Part shown: in pieces, positions 25,807 through 35,490 of the stretch
Layout: each line of letters begins with the position of its first letter
Position numbering within the stretch: position 1 is the first letter of the stretch
From: a virus
Direction: 5' to 3' (one strand)
Length of the DNA stretch: 64,000 nt
Virus record (IMG/VR): IMGVR_UViG_3300031920_000103
Location: 10,694 to 74,693 of that record
Position numbers and translations under genes: made by a program
The notes under the pieces: model-generated
Told to the model about the DNA's origin: nothing
The model's database searches: none
Seen by the model: the letters and a program-made list of their open reading frames with translations, nothing else

Positions 25807-26700
25807 CTAGTACCCCGCGCCCGAGTTCGCGAGGGTTGCGATCGTGATGTCTGCTTTCAGGTCGTCGACACGCTTTGCGATTTCGCCTAGGTTTGCGCCT
25901 AGTAGATCTTCGTATTGCTTGAGCTTCGAGAGCATCGAGTCGCAACGTTCGGCACGGTTGATCAGTGCCCGGCTTTGCAAATCACCTTTGCCCATCTCCT
26001 CTTGTATCTCATCCGTTGCGGCTTGAGCCTCGCGCACAACAGCGTCGAGAATCGCGTCAACCGCATCGCTCGATTTAAGCGCGGGGATTTCGTAGCAGTG
26101 ATGCGCGCTCGCGAGCTTTACCGCGCCAACCGCTAGACGCCAACTTCCGATCGTGGTGCGCGGTACAAAGTAAATCCCGCCGCGCTCTCGCAGTGACACC
26201 GCGCCGCACTTTGTAGCGAATCGAACAAGCCACGCGCTAATGTCGCTAGCCGTGAACTCGTCGAGGTGTTGATAGTACGCGCCCTCGACTTGCTGACAAA
26301 TCGCGTCGAGGTTTGCCCGCCGCCCCGTGTGCTCGTCTTCGTCGCACTCTGGTGTCTCGGGAATCTCGAATTTGATCCGGCCGATCTTGTTGAGAAAAAC
26401 GCGAATGTCGACGGAGTATTTTAGCTCGCCCGTGGCGACCGACTCGCTGACGATTGCCCACCCCTTGCCGCTCGGCAATTTGCGCACGAGTCGCCGGCGT
26501 GCCTTCTGCTCGTATACAGCGCGCCTGAGAGCCGCGTCAGGGGTTGGGGTCTCTGGCAACATGCTCTCGGCTAGGCCGGCCTCTAGCCAACTCTCCGTAA
26601 GCCTAGCGGCGTCTACAGTCCCCGCGAGCCTCCAATACACGATCGCCCCCGCTTGCTCTGCGTCGGGTACCGCGAAAATCTGTTGTTGTGGTGTTTGCAC
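25807..26700 (-). CDS. DUF3150/DUF6744-type protein
   Basis: GAIVYWRL..AL.RA, LRERGGIYFVP and a helical C-terminus. Linked to the AAA/VWA genes. Confidence 0.6.
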   Translation of the reverse strand: MQTPQQQIFAVPDAEQAGAIVYWRLAGTVDAARLTESWLEAGLAESMLPETPTPDAALRRAVYEQKARRRLVRKLPSGKGWAIVSESVATGELKYSVDIRVFLNKIGRIKFEIPETPECDEDEHTGRRANLDAICQQVEGAYYQHLDEFTASDISAWLVRFATKCGAVSLRERGGIYFVPRTTIGSWRLAVGAVKLASAHHCYEIPALKSSDAVDAILDAVVREAQAATDEIQEEMGKGDLQSRALINRAERCDSMLSKLKQYEDLLGANLGEIAKRVDDLKADITIATLANSGAGY

Positions 26701-26730
26701 GGTTCGTCTTTCCTCGTGTGGTGTGGGCCA

Positions 26731-26758
26731 AGACTACCAGACTGGCCAAAGAAGACAA
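26731..26758 (-). promoter_or_regulatory. Promoter family B, copy 2
   Basis: TTGTCT-N16-TAGTCT, spacer TTGGCCAGTCTGG. Confidence 0.65.
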
Positions 26759-27235
26759 GCACAAAATGTCGAGTTGTGTCGATTATCGGATCCCGCTAGG
26801 CAAGTTCGTAGGGTGCTCGATGATCCCGCATATCGAGCAAACCCAATAGTCGCCGCGCGTCGAACCCGTGCGGTGCTCCAAGATCGCGGGCTTCCAACGT
26901 TTTGCGCCCTCGCCTAGCTGCGAGTGTTGGCAGAAAATACCGAGACGCAAAAGCGAATCTAGCAAAGCTCGGGCGCTCATTTCGACATCTCGGTACCTCC
27001 CCAAAGCAACGAGCCGTGAATAGGGCAATACAAAAAAACTTTGTGTTGGTCAACGCGTGTGATCCCGTTCATGAGAGTCAGATCGCGGTTGCACACCTCG
27101 CACACTAGATCCGAAAGTCTCGCGATCGACTCTTGTGCTTTCGTCAGGTAGCACTGCTCGTTTTTTGGATCATCGCTCAAAAGCAAAGCTCGGGCACCCG
27201 ACACCGACACCACTCGACACCGGGTGCCCTCGCTT

Positions 27236-27616
27236 TCAGATCTTCTTTTTGGGATTCTTTTTCTTTGGCCACTTTTTCCCGTTCTCTTTTTCGATAAGTT
27301 GAACGGGCACAATCCTGAACTCGATCACCCTAGATTTTTTGTGCCGCTTAGACGCGCCGGTTGCCCCCGACTTTGCCGCGCCCGCGTTGAGTGTGATCCT
27401 GCCAAAGTGCGGATTCGCTAGCGGGCCGATCACCGGTGCGAACAACCGCACGCCCTCGATGTCAGGCATACCACCACCGCTACCCGTCATCGACAAGTAG
27501 AGCAACGAGTACGCGGCTTTTTCGTCGTCGTAATATTTTACGTTCGCCTCTAGTTTTGCGATCAGCTTTTCCTGCTTTTGGATCTCCGCGTGTAGTCGTG
27601 TCAGTTGGTCGCTCAT
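27236..27616 (-). CDS. Hypothetical protein
   Basis: ATG 27616 overlaps the upstream stop; N-terminal coiled coil and basic tail. Confidence 0.55.
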   Translation of the reverse strand: MSDQLTRLHAEIQKQEKLIAKLEANVKYYDDEKAAYSLLYLSMTGSGGGMPDIEGVRLFAPVIGPLANPHFGRITLNAGAAKSGATGASKRHKKSRVIEFRIVPVQLIEKENGKKWPKKKNPKKKI

Positions 27617-27876
27617 CTTCCCTGACCCTCTAGCGATTCTTTGTGCCACCCGAGATAGGTGATCGCTTTTTCTACCTCTTGCGATTCAACGTCTTTGTCG
27701 CCGCATCGCCAGATGTACTTGAACGCAGACAACTTGCAAAAACCTTGGAACTCTTCCGGCGTTGCGATCTGCCGCATCGCGTCGATGCACTCTATGTCGC
27801 CGGGGTTTTTCTTGTAGTGAGCGGGGCGGATCGCGCCGTCCCGATCTGGCCTGTCGTCGCTACTCGTAGTCGTCAT
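27613..27876 (-). CDS. DUF3310 family protein
   Basis: PAHY...IECIDAM...GFCKLSAFKYIWRCGDKD..QEVEKAITYL. Confidence 0.85.
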   Translation of the reverse strand: MTTTSSDDRPDRDGAIRPAHYKKNPGDIECIDAMRQIATPEEFQGFCKLSAFKYIWRCGDKDVESQEVEKAITYLGWHKESLEGQGR

Positions 27877-29209
27877 CGTATTTGTCTCCGTTGTCGACTT
27901 CGATAAACTCGCCCCAACTGATTTCGCCGCCGCCGCTTGTGCAAAATGGCTTGCGCTTGTAGGGACCGACGAGAACCCAAATCACCTTGATACCGGGCGG
28001 GGGTGTTGCGGGTGCGTCGCCGCAACCATCGGTAAAAAAGATCAAGATGTCAGGGCGTGGTTTCGCGAGCGGGATTGCGTCGGTGAACACAGGAACAAAC
28101 GAGGTGCCACCGCCACCGCTCAAGAGTTGCGCAGCCTCCGACCAATGCCGGATCCTTTTGAGTCCGTGGATCGCCGCATCGCACGCGGTAAACGTAACCG
28201 CTGCGCCCGTTGCTTTCATGATCCCGTTTGTCTCGCGTAGTGCGTCGTTTAGTTCGTTGGTGCCCATAGAGCCCGACGTATCCACCGCGATCATAACTTG
28301 CGGAATCGGCTGACGCATACAAGGCAAAACCGGGAACCCAATACCGCAGCCTAGCCCGTACTGACGGCGCGAAGGTCGCGTGTATTTGTAGTCAACCGCG
28401 CCGGCCTTCCAAGCAACCGCGTTGCGGCAAATGCGCGCGAGCTTGTCTTGCCACCGAACCTTTGGCGGGGAAAAGTGCGCGTCAGCCCAACGCTGCAACC
28501 CGGCCGGAATCGTTCCGCGTGAATTGCTCGCGTCGTCTACGATCTGACGCGCAACTTGGCGACGCGCCCGATCCATGTATTCATCTGACCGCCCCTTTGC
28601 GTTCTGCGGCCCGCCTTGCTCTTCGGTGCCGTTGCCGTCACCGCTTCCGTCGGGCTCGTTAGGCAACGCGCGCCCGGCCCCTGAGCCGCACCAACCGTGC
28701 CCCGGCTGATCACCCTCGCCGTCTTCGCCCTCATCGCCCTCGCATTGCCCGCCGCCTTGGCCCTCTTGCTCGCGCAAGTGTCGGTAATACTCCTCTGCCG
28801 TCAGCCCCTCTTCCGCGCCGATGCCTTCGGGGTACACCGGGCCTGACTCACTATCACCGATTTTTTCGGGTAGCTTCCATCCGCCCGCGCGCAGATCGTC
28901 GTTGATCTCTGCGTCGGCTGCGATGTTCCAAGTCTTGCCGTCGCCGCCAATCGAGGCACAACGATCGTGGTGGTCGCGCAGTACGTGCCACACCTCGTGA
29001 AAAAGTGCGGCGGCAACTTGCTCGGGTTCCCATTTGTTGATCACTTCGGGATCCCAAAGTAGCAACCCGTTTTTGGTTACGCCCATGGTACCGAGGCCGG
29101 GCATTTCGATCGGCACTAGACCGAGCAGCGCCGCCGTAATGTAGGGCGCACGCTCGCGACAAATTAGCCGCCCGACCGTGAGCTTTTCTTGTGGTGTGAA
29201 AATTGACAT
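27860..29209 (-). CDS. DUF2201-type HExxH metallopeptidase-like domain plus VWA domain
   Basis: HEVWH, NIAADAEIN, MIDAS DTSGSM, GGGGT and FFTDG. Confidence 0.88.
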   Translation of the reverse strand: MSIFTPQEKLTVGRLICRERAPYITAALLGLVPIEMPGLGTMGVTKNGLLLWDPEVINKWEPEQVAAALFHEVWHVLRDHHDRCASIGGDGKTWNIAADAEINDDLRAGGWKLPEKIGDSESGPVYPEGIGAEEGLTAEEYYRHLREQEGQGGGQCEGDEGEDGEGDQPGHGWCGSGAGRALPNEPDGSGDGNGTEEQGGPQNAKGRSDEYMDRARRQVARQIVDDASNSRGTIPAGLQRWADAHFSPPKVRWQDKLARICRNAVAWKAGAVDYKYTRPSRRQYGLGCGIGFPVLPCMRQPIPQVMIAVDTSGSMGTNELNDALRETNGIMKATGAAVTFTACDAAIHGLKRIRHWSEAAQLLSGGGGTSFVPVFTDAIPLAKPRPDILIFFTDGCGDAPATPPPGIKVIWVLVGPYKRKPFCTSGGGEISWGEFIEVDNGDKYDDDYE

Positions 29210-29242
29210 TGTGTGTGGTGTCTCCGTGTGCGGTGTGGGCCA

Positions 29243-29270
29243 ACCTTACCAGACTGGCCAAGCAAGACAA
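29243..29270 (-). promoter_or_regulatory. Promoter family B, copy 3
   Basis: TTGTCT-N16-TAAGGT, spacer TTGGCCAGTCTGG. Confidence 0.65.
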
Positions 29271-29274
29271 AGGG

Positions 29275-30105
29275 TTATTTTCGCCGTGGCCCGCCAAATG
29301 TCCGCATCGCTAGGCGGGATCGGTCTAGCACTTTGTCGACGTGTTTGTTTGTCTTGATATGGCTCGATCTATTCTTGACTTGCTTGGCACACGCGAGGCA
29401 ATGCGTGTTCTCGCCCTCCGTGTGCGCTTGCCGCCCTGACGCGTTCGCCGCGAAAAAGTACAGGGTCTCGCGCCGCAAAGTTTCGCGCAATTTGAACTCG
29501 TCGAATTGCCAACCGCGTTTTCCTACCTCGCGCTTTCCGATCATAGTGAGGCCCACCGCCATCGTCCAAACGCCGTCGCCACGGGCAAAGTTGATATGCA
29601 GCCCGGCAACCTTTGACGCTTTGGCTGATACGATCTTTAGCGCGCGAGCGCACAACAACTTTGTGTGCATCTCGTGATCGCTCTCGCGCGCTGCTATCTC
29701 GGAGCGCGCTAGCGGGTCGGTGCCGCTAGCCTCGATCGTCTTTCGATCTCTACGCTTCTCGTCTGCTACGCCCCTACAGCGCTTCATGACGGTTTGCGCG
29801 AGGTCGGGTAGCGCGTAAAACGAGTTGCGGTAGTTTCCGGTGTCCGAGTGATTCGGTTGCTCTTTTAGCGTTTGCAAAACTTGCTCGACATGAGTTGCGC
29901 AGCACTCCCCGCCTAGGCGCTCGACCGACTCGCGCGCCATAGACGTAGACTCGCATTCTGATTTTACGTGGATAAGGTCGCCACTCGTGCCGACGCAAAT
30001 CGTCAGCAAGTGGCTACCTCGCTTTGCCAGCGAGCAAGCAACCGATTCCATCAGAACCGTTTGCGTTGCTTGTTCGCCAACCTCGTGTCGTTGCGCTGCG
30101 TTCAT
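29275..30105 (-). CDS. Hypothetical protein
   Basis: 276-aa ORF in operon position. Confidence 0.65.
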   Translation of the reverse strand: MNAAQRHEVGEQATQTVLMESVACSLAKRGSHLLTICVGTSGDLIHVKSECESTSMARESVERLGGECCATHVEQVLQTLKEQPNHSDTGNYRNSFYALPDLAQTVMKRCRGVADEKRRDRKTIEASGTDPLARSEIAARESDHEMHTKLLCARALKIVSAKASKVAGLHINFARGDGVWTMAVGLTMIGKREVGKRGWQFDEFKLRETLRRETLYFFAANASGRQAHTEGENTHCLACAKQVKNRSSHIKTNKHVDKVLDRSRLAMRTFGGPRRK

Positions 30106-30107
30106 GG

Positions 30108-31310
30108 CTAGCGCTTTGGTCTAACGTTAGCGGCTGACAACACCGGTTGCAGGTCGACAAGTATCTTGCGTGCGCTGTCGATCGTAGCGAGGCCGGCTTG
30201 CACCATAACGCGTGCAGGGGGCACAACAACATCAACCGCGCCCTCGATGTCAGTCAGGATTTCCCATAGCTTAGAGGCGCGCTCTTGCCGCTTGTCGCAC
30301 TTCTCGGGAATAACGAAAGCCGCACACGCTTGCAGGATTGCAGCACTTCGATCGAGGCGTGCCGGATCGTGCTTGAACTTAACTTTTCCGTCGAGCACGT
30401 CTTTTGGTTCCGGCAGATCCGCTTCGGCTTGCCACGTGGCGAACTCGCCTAGTGGAGCCGCGCCAACAAACGCCGCCATAAACTCTTCCGACTCGGCAAG
30501 GCTCAAGTCGTTGAGCGCGCTAGATGCGTGCGCCCTTGCTGCGAGTTCCCAAGTTCTCGGGCTAGCCCATGCCTTTGACGCGCGAGGGGATCCTGTCTCG
30601 GGCATTTGCATAAGCAGGTCAGGTCGTCGCCGAATGAATCCCGCGATCAGTCCCCGTGCCTTTGCCCATGGCTCTTGCCAATTTGCTTCGATCCGCCTTT
30701 CCTCCGCGATAGGATCCATTGCCTTGGCGTGCGAGTCGCCAGCGTTGCCACCGGATAGCAACCAATCGCCCCAACTCTCCGCGTCGGGTGCGCTCCAATC
30801 GCGGTGCCCGAATCGGTTAGCAAGTGGAGCCGCTAGATCCCAACCGCCCGCCGCATCCTCGGTTGCGTTTTGGGCCGCAATAAAGCGAACCGTGTTTGGT
30901 AACTTGAACTCGCCCACGGAGCCCTCAAGAATAACTCTTAGGAGTGCAGCTTGTACGGCAGGGGGCGCAGTGTTGATCTCATCAAAGAACACGACGGTGC
31001 GAGTTTGCTTTGCGCAGTTGATTGCCCACTCGGCAGGCGAGTAAGTGATCTGCGTGTCGATGTCTTTAAAAATGAGCTTGTCAGCATCGCTGCGCTTTTT
31101 GACTTTGGTGGGAATCGGTAGACCTAGAAAGTCTGACGGTTCGCGCAGTGATGCAACGATTGTTTGCATTTGAAATCCGCAGTCGCGAACGATCTCGCCA
31201 ATCTTGGAAGTCTTCGCAGTGCCGGGCTTTCCCTCGTAAATGATCGGGGTGCCCCAACGTCCAAAAAGGCCGGGTGTAAAAAGGCTAGCTTTGATAATTT
31301 TTTCGTTCAT
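30108..31310 (-). CDS. MoxR-like AAA+ ATPase
   Basis: GKPGTAKT (Walker A), VFFDEIN (Walker B), AAQN, PLANRF and SPRTW. Confidence 0.9.
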   Translation of the reverse strand: MNEKIIKASLFTPGLFGRWGTPIIYEGKPGTAKTSKIGEIVRDCGFQMQTIVASLREPSDFLGLPIPTKVKKRSDADKLIFKDIDTQITYSPAEWAINCAKQTRTVVFFDEINTAPPAVQAALLRVILEGSVGEFKLPNTVRFIAAQNATEDAAGGWDLAAPLANRFGHRDWSAPDAESWGDWLLSGGNAGDSHAKAMDPIAEERRIEANWQEPWAKARGLIAGFIRRRPDLLMQMPETGSPRASKAWASPRTWELAARAHASSALNDLSLAESEEFMAAFVGAAPLGEFATWQAEADLPEPKDVLDGKVKFKHDPARLDRSAAILQACAAFVIPEKCDKRQERASKLWEILTDIEGAVDVVVPPARVMVQAGLATIDSARKILVDLQPVLSAANVRPKR

Positions 31311-31344
31311 GGTTCCGAATTTTTCTTGGTTGTGGGTTCCGGGT

Positions 31345-31773
31345 TTATACAGCTAGTGCGAGGTGAGCTTTTGGGATAAACATTTTCACGCCGTTTGTGG
31401 TCGTGACTCCGACTTTCCCTTTGGCGACCTTGATAACTTTGAGGCCAACTAGATCCGCGTCGTCTAGTAAATCCTCGTACGACTTGCGCACCCGCTCTTT
31501 GATGTCGACGATCGCGCCAACCTCAAAACTTGCGCGCTTGCCCTCGCCTTTACTAGCGATCTTTCGTCCCGCCTCATCGGGCAAAACAGAAAGAATTTCT
31601 GCGGCCTCTTTCATGGCTTTCGCCGCGACCTCAAATTTGAGTTTCAACTCAGGGTTCTCGAATCGTGCACTGTACGCAACAGCTTTGCTGACTCGTGTTG
31701 CAACGCGGGCGATCTTAGATTCAAATCTCCTGACCAATGGCATTGCGGGTTTAGCGTCTGTTTTGTTTGTCAT
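31345..31773 (-). CDS. Hypothetical protein
   Basis: ATG 31773 with an AAAGGA RBS. Confidence 0.65.
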   Translation of the reverse strand: MTNKTDAKPAMPLVRRFESKIARVATRVSKAVAYSARFENPELKLKFEVAAKAMKEAAEILSVLPDEAGRKIASKGEGKRASFEVGAIVDIKERVRKSYEDLLDDADLVGLKVIKVAKGKVGVTTTNGVKMFIPKAHLALAV

Positions 31774-31814
31774 GTTTGGTTCCTTTGGTGTGTTTCGTCT
31801 TGTTCGATGTCTGC

Positions 31815-31843
31815 AAACTATCTGACCACAACGGCAAAGGCAA
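31815..31843 (-). promoter_or_regulatory. sigma70-type promoter (family C)
   Basis: TTGCCT-N17-TAGTTT. Shares TTTTGGTTGCCTTTGC with the promoter at 35183-35211. Confidence 0.6.
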
Positions 31844-32038
31844 CCAAAAAAGACAAACAAACCACACAAAGATTTCGTGGCACTTGGATCAAGACTGATC
31901 TCCTATAGTTGCGACGTTCGTGTTGACCCGCTGCGCAGCGTATGGCGTGCGGTTGTGCGACGCGATCCCTCGTGGTTTTATGTTTGCGGCGTGGGGGAAA
32001 TCTGCAACTCGGGGCACAAGGTGCGTATCGAAACGCCT

Positions 32039-32218
32039 ATGATTCCACTCCCAGACAATTACAAAAAAGAGCGGCGCGACTTGCTCGCGCGCGGAGGTCA
32101 TATATGGCGGGAACCGAAACAAAAACAGAAACGGAAGAGATCGAGAACACGAGTGCTGATCGCGCTAGCGTTGTTGACGACGATCACAGTGCTTACGTTG
32201 CAGCACGTGGCGCTGTAG
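32039..32218 (+). CDS. Small protein with C-terminal hydrophobic helix
   Basis: ATG 32039; VLIALALLTTITVLTL. Confidence 0.4.
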   Translation: MIPLPDNYKKERRDLLARGGHIWREPKQKQKRKRSRTRVLIALALLTTITVLTLQHVAL

Positions 32219-32468
32219 ACGGGGGCATTCACAACCTGACTATCTCCGAGTTGCACAGCCGTGTGCACACCGGGCGCACGTGGCGCGCGCAAGGCATGGT
32301 CGAGGGCGAGCCGCTAGAAATTGTGCGCAACGCTTGTCGCGAATTTTTAGAGTCGACGGAAGATGATGCGGCAGAGCTTGCCGGCACTCCGTACGTCCCA
32401 AAAAATAAACCTTGCGCTGACTGCAAAGGGATCGACTTGCACAAGCCAACGTGTGCACAGGTACGCAG

Positions 32469-33008
32469 ATGATCATGCTAGGCATTGACCCCGGTTTCGC
32501 TAACATCGGGATCGGGGTTGTGAAGGTTACGAAAAGTTCTTACACGGTTCTCGCGACCGATGTTTTACGCACGAAAAAGGCTGACAAGAAAGTCAAAGTC
32601 TACGTGGCTGACGACAACGTGCGCCGATTGCGCGAGGGCATTAGCAGCCTGATCGCAATCATCGACGAGCACAACATAACCGCGATTTGCGCGGAGGCGA
32701 TGAGCTTCCCGCGCAACGCTTCCGCCGCTGGAAAAATGGCTTTGTTTTGGGGCGGCATGATCGCAGTTGCGCACGAGCGCGATTTGCCGCTCTACTCCGC
32801 GACCCCGCAGCAAATGAAATTTGAGCTTTGCCGCGATAAGAAAGCGACCAAAGACGATATGGCTGCGGCGGTTATCGCGCGAGTGCAGGGCGTGATCCCA
32901 ATGAAGCTAGCCAAGACAAAACAAGAGCACGCGTACGATGCGATTGCCGCTGTGTTTACGTGCATGGAAAGCGACGAGTTGCGGCTTGTGCGCAAACTGA
33001 CCGCATGA
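32469..33008 (+). CDS. ruvC: RuvC-like Holliday junction resolvase
   Basis: LGIDPG, CAEAMSF, ATK.DM and HAYDAIAA. Confidence 0.88.
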   Translation: MIMLGIDPGFANIGIGVVKVTKSSYTVLATDVLRTKKADKKVKVYVADDNVRRLREGISSLIAIIDEHNITAICAEAMSFPRNASAAGKMALFWGGMIAVAHERDLPLYSATPQQMKFELCRDKKATKDDMAAAVIARVQGVIPMKLAKTKQEHAYDAIAAVFTCMESDELRLVRKLTA

Positions 33009-33202
33009 TGTTTGTGCGGGCGTACTTACTGATCGGCGCGTTCACAGGCACGATCGCGTTGTTGGTAGTTCTGTCAACCTTGTCTAAACGAGCCATAGCG
33101 TCGCTGTACGCGCCCCGCATGGTGCTAGGTGGGTTTTTTCTGTGGCCATATTGTTGGTGGGTGGTCGCACAAGAGGTTAGGAAAAGTATCAAAAATGGCT
33201 GA
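33005..33202 (+). CDS. Small membrane protein
   Basis: ATG overlaps the ruvC stop; hydrophobic segments. Confidence 0.5.
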   Translation: MMFVRAYLLIGAFTGTIALLVVLSTLSKRAIASLYAPRMVLGGFFLWPYCWWVVAQEVRKSIKNG

Positions 33203-33416
33203 CGAAAACGAAAAAGACGAAACCACGCAAACGGTCGGTGGGTGGCCTACGGGCCTAGTAGGCGGCGAAATGCGCGCTATGCTGCGCGAGGAAAACTTGT
33301 GCGGTCAGTGCATGGTCGCGTCGATCTGCAAAGTCAACTCTCAGGTCGACGACGATATGATGCTAGTCGTGTCAAGGTGCCTCAACTTCCTAGACGCGTC
33401 GATCTTAGAGGGTTAG
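33195..33416 (+). CDS. Small Cys-containing hypothetical protein
   Basis: ATG 33195; LCGQC..IC..C. Confidence 0.5.
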   Translation: MADENEKDETTQTVGGWPTGLVGGEMRAMLREENLCGQCMVASICKVNSQVDDDMMLVVSRCLNFLDASILEG

Positions 33417-33705
33417 ACTTTGCGCGGTTGCCAAAACCGCGATCCTCTTTGATCGCTCCCGTCCGAGATGAGGGGTTTCGCCTCGCGGAATTGGCGACCA
33501 ACTACTTGGTGATTCGGAACAACTTTTTTCGGATCACAACTTCACGCCGCAACGACAATGTTGCAACGCGGTAGCGCCTTGAGCACAAAGGGCACTGCAA
33601 AAACTCCGGATCGCCAACGCGGCAAAGCCGGATCTCGCAGTCGCGGCAGGCTGAGTTGAGTATTTCGTCGACTGTCGCGGGCAAAGTTCGGCTCGGGTGT
33701 GATCT

Positions 33706-34218
33706 CTAGCGCGCGGTTCCGCGATATGTCTTGCCGTTCACGATGTAGCTGACGGTAGATTTCGCGACTTTGTACTTGGCCATCAGTTCGGCGTACTTCA
33801 TGCCGCCCGCCCGATCGGCCAATAGAGCCCTAATTTGCGCATCTGAGAGCTTTTTGTTGCTTTTCGCTGCGTGCCTTGCACGTGCAACTCGTACCGATCG
33901 GGGCTGATCCATCATGTTGTTGGATTGCGTGCCGATCCTGATATTCAAAAAAGAATTGTCTCGCCGGTTGTCGTTGCTGTGGCGCACAACGACGTTTTCG
34001 CCTAGTGCCCGCCGGCCGTATTTCAAGTATGCGACGAATTGATGCACCTTGACCGGCAACGGGTCGCCTTTGACGTTGATCGAGAACGTGTTGTATTTGC
34101 CGCCACCGGTGCACGCGAGCACGGTACCGGTCGGGGAGATCACGTCGCCGCTTTGCGTCGCGGTGTATCCTCGCAGCTTTGCGATAATGCAGCGCTGCCG
34201 TAGCTTTGAGATCGCCAC
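33706..34218 (-). CDS. Free-standing HNH endonuclease with C-terminal HTH
   Basis: VHQFVA..VVRHSNDNRRDNSFLNIRIGTQSNNMMD; YAELMAKYKVAKSTVSYIV. GTG overlaps the upstream TAG. Confidence 0.85.
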   Translation of the reverse strand: MAISKLRQRCIIAKLRGYTATQSGDVISPTGTVLACTGGGKYNTFSINVKGDPLPVKVHQFVAYLKYGRRALGENVVVRHSNDNRRDNSFLNIRIGTQSNNMMDQPRSVRVARARHAAKSNKKLSDAQIRALLADRAGGMKYAELMAKYKVAKSTVSYIVNGKTYRGTAR

Positions 34219-34532
34219 TAGAGCACACCGCGCAGTTCTAACATGCGCACGCACTCACCGCAGATCACAACATCGGGACCCCAAATCGGGTCGCTCTCTT
34301 GGCCGTTCGACAGCGTGCACACCGCCCACCAATCGCCGTCGTAAGCATCGGAGTCGGTGAAGTTTTCCCAAAAAATATGCACGAGCGCGCCCGCCCACGC
34401 GTCAGATCGGGCTGTGCGGATTCGGTAGCCCGGTATCCCTAGGCGCAACGTCGACTCGATGCGCTTCGCTTTGTCGCCGGGTGCCATGGGCACGACTTGC
34501 GGGGCCTGCCCGCCTTGCCCATATTTGATCAT
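34218..34532 (-). CDS. Hypothetical protein
   Basis: Coupled to the Nudix gene (ATGA overlap). Confidence 0.5.
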   Translation of the reverse strand: MIKYGQGGQAPQVVPMAPGDKAKRIESTLRLGIPGYRIRTARSDAWAGALVHIFWENFTDSDAYDGDWWAVCTLSNGQESDPIWGPDVVICGECVRMLELRGVL

Positions 34533-34984
34533 TCAATGAACGGATCGAAATAGGGTTTGCTGCGCGCGGGGTTGTCGATGTACGCGAGAATGTCTGAGTA
34601 CCAAAGATAGAAACTCGGCAAACACGGTTTGTGCAAACGCGCGTCGAGCATCGACACCCATTGCAATTGCTGCGACTCCATTGCACGCAATGGTGCGTGC
34701 TCGTCGACTACGCACGCATAGAGCAACAAATTTAGTCGCCGGTCTGCGTGTATCGAGGTGACAGAAATTAGCTCAAGCGGTATCACCTTGACGCCTAGCT
34801 CTTCGCGCATCTCGCGGATAAGTGCGGCGCGCTCAAACTCGCCGGGCTCGACCTTGCCGCCCGGAATTTCCCAGACGCTTGGCGGGCTTTGCGTTGGGTG
34901 GCGTAGCGCCATCAGCACTTGATTTGTGCTGTTTAGGATCAGCCCGCTTACTGCGGTGATCGGTGCCTCGGTTGACGGGATCAT
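34529..34984 (-). CDS. Nudix (MutT-like) hydrolase
   Basis: Nudix box [27 protein letters not shown]. Confidence 0.9.
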   Translation of the reverse strand: MIPSTEAPITAVSGLILNSTNQVLMALRHPTQSPPSVWEIPGGKVEPGEFERAALIREMREELGVKVIPLELISVTSIHADRRLNLLLYACVVDEHAPLRAMESQQLQWVSMLDARLHKPCLPSFYLWYSDILAYIDNPARSKPYFDPFIE

Positions 34985-35182
34985 GGTGCACTCTAATCGG
35001 CGTTGTGGTGGTCGTCTAGGCCCTCAAGCACGCTAGGGCGTACTCGCGGCGGCAACTGACCTGACGGGCTTTGCGCTTGATCTGTGCGTCGCATTGCACC
35101 CCGCGCCGGGGTTTGGGTTTTCCCACCGTGGCCCGTTTTCGGTGCGGTTCTTTTGCTTGCGTCGCCAACCCATTACCGGATC

Positions 35183-35211
35183 AACGTACACGGCAAAACT
35201 TGCAAAGGCAA
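35183..35211 (-). promoter_or_regulatory. sigma70-type promoter (family C)
   Basis: TTGCCT-N17-TACGTT. Confidence 0.55.
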
Positions 35212-35274
35212 CCAAAACCGTTTATTGTCGCTCCCAATAAACGGGTCAAACATTTTTGACATACAGCGCGTTTG

Positions 35275-35345
35275 CTGGTCGATAGCTCAATGGTAGAGCA
35301 CGCCCATGAAAGGCGACGACGGGGGCTCGGTACCCTCACGATCGG
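35275..35345 (+). tRNA. Degenerate tRNA-like element (loop CATGAAA, nominal anticodon TGA)
   Basis: Canonical D arm TAGCTCAATGGTAGAGC. 4-bp anticodon stem CGCC/GGCG. T arm GGGGG-CTCGGTA-CCCTC. Imperfect acceptor stem and no CCA. Confidence 0.55.
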
Positions 35346-35411
35346 TGAGCGCGCTAATGTCGATTCTATCGCCTGCTCGCGCGCTACCGTTGCGCTAGCG
35401 AGACAAAAAGT

Positions 35412-35489
35412 TGGTGGATTCGGAGGGATTTGAACCCTCAATCTTTCACGTCATCAACGCAAACGCTCTGCCCGTTGAGCCACAAATCC
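35412..35489 (-). tRNA. tRNA with GAT anticodon (Ile) and 6-bp anticodon stem
   Basis: GGATTTG/CGAATCC acceptor, GCTC/GAGC D stem, loop TTGATGA, GAGGG-TTCAAAT-CCCTC T arm, encoded CCA. Confidence 0.8.
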
Positions 35490-35490
35490 A

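Noticed and set aside
30166-31044. Long plus-strand ORFs opposite real genes (e.g. 30166-31044, 9521-10108, 62475-63245)
   Set aside because: Codon-aligned shadows without domain motifs, unlike 1707-2471.
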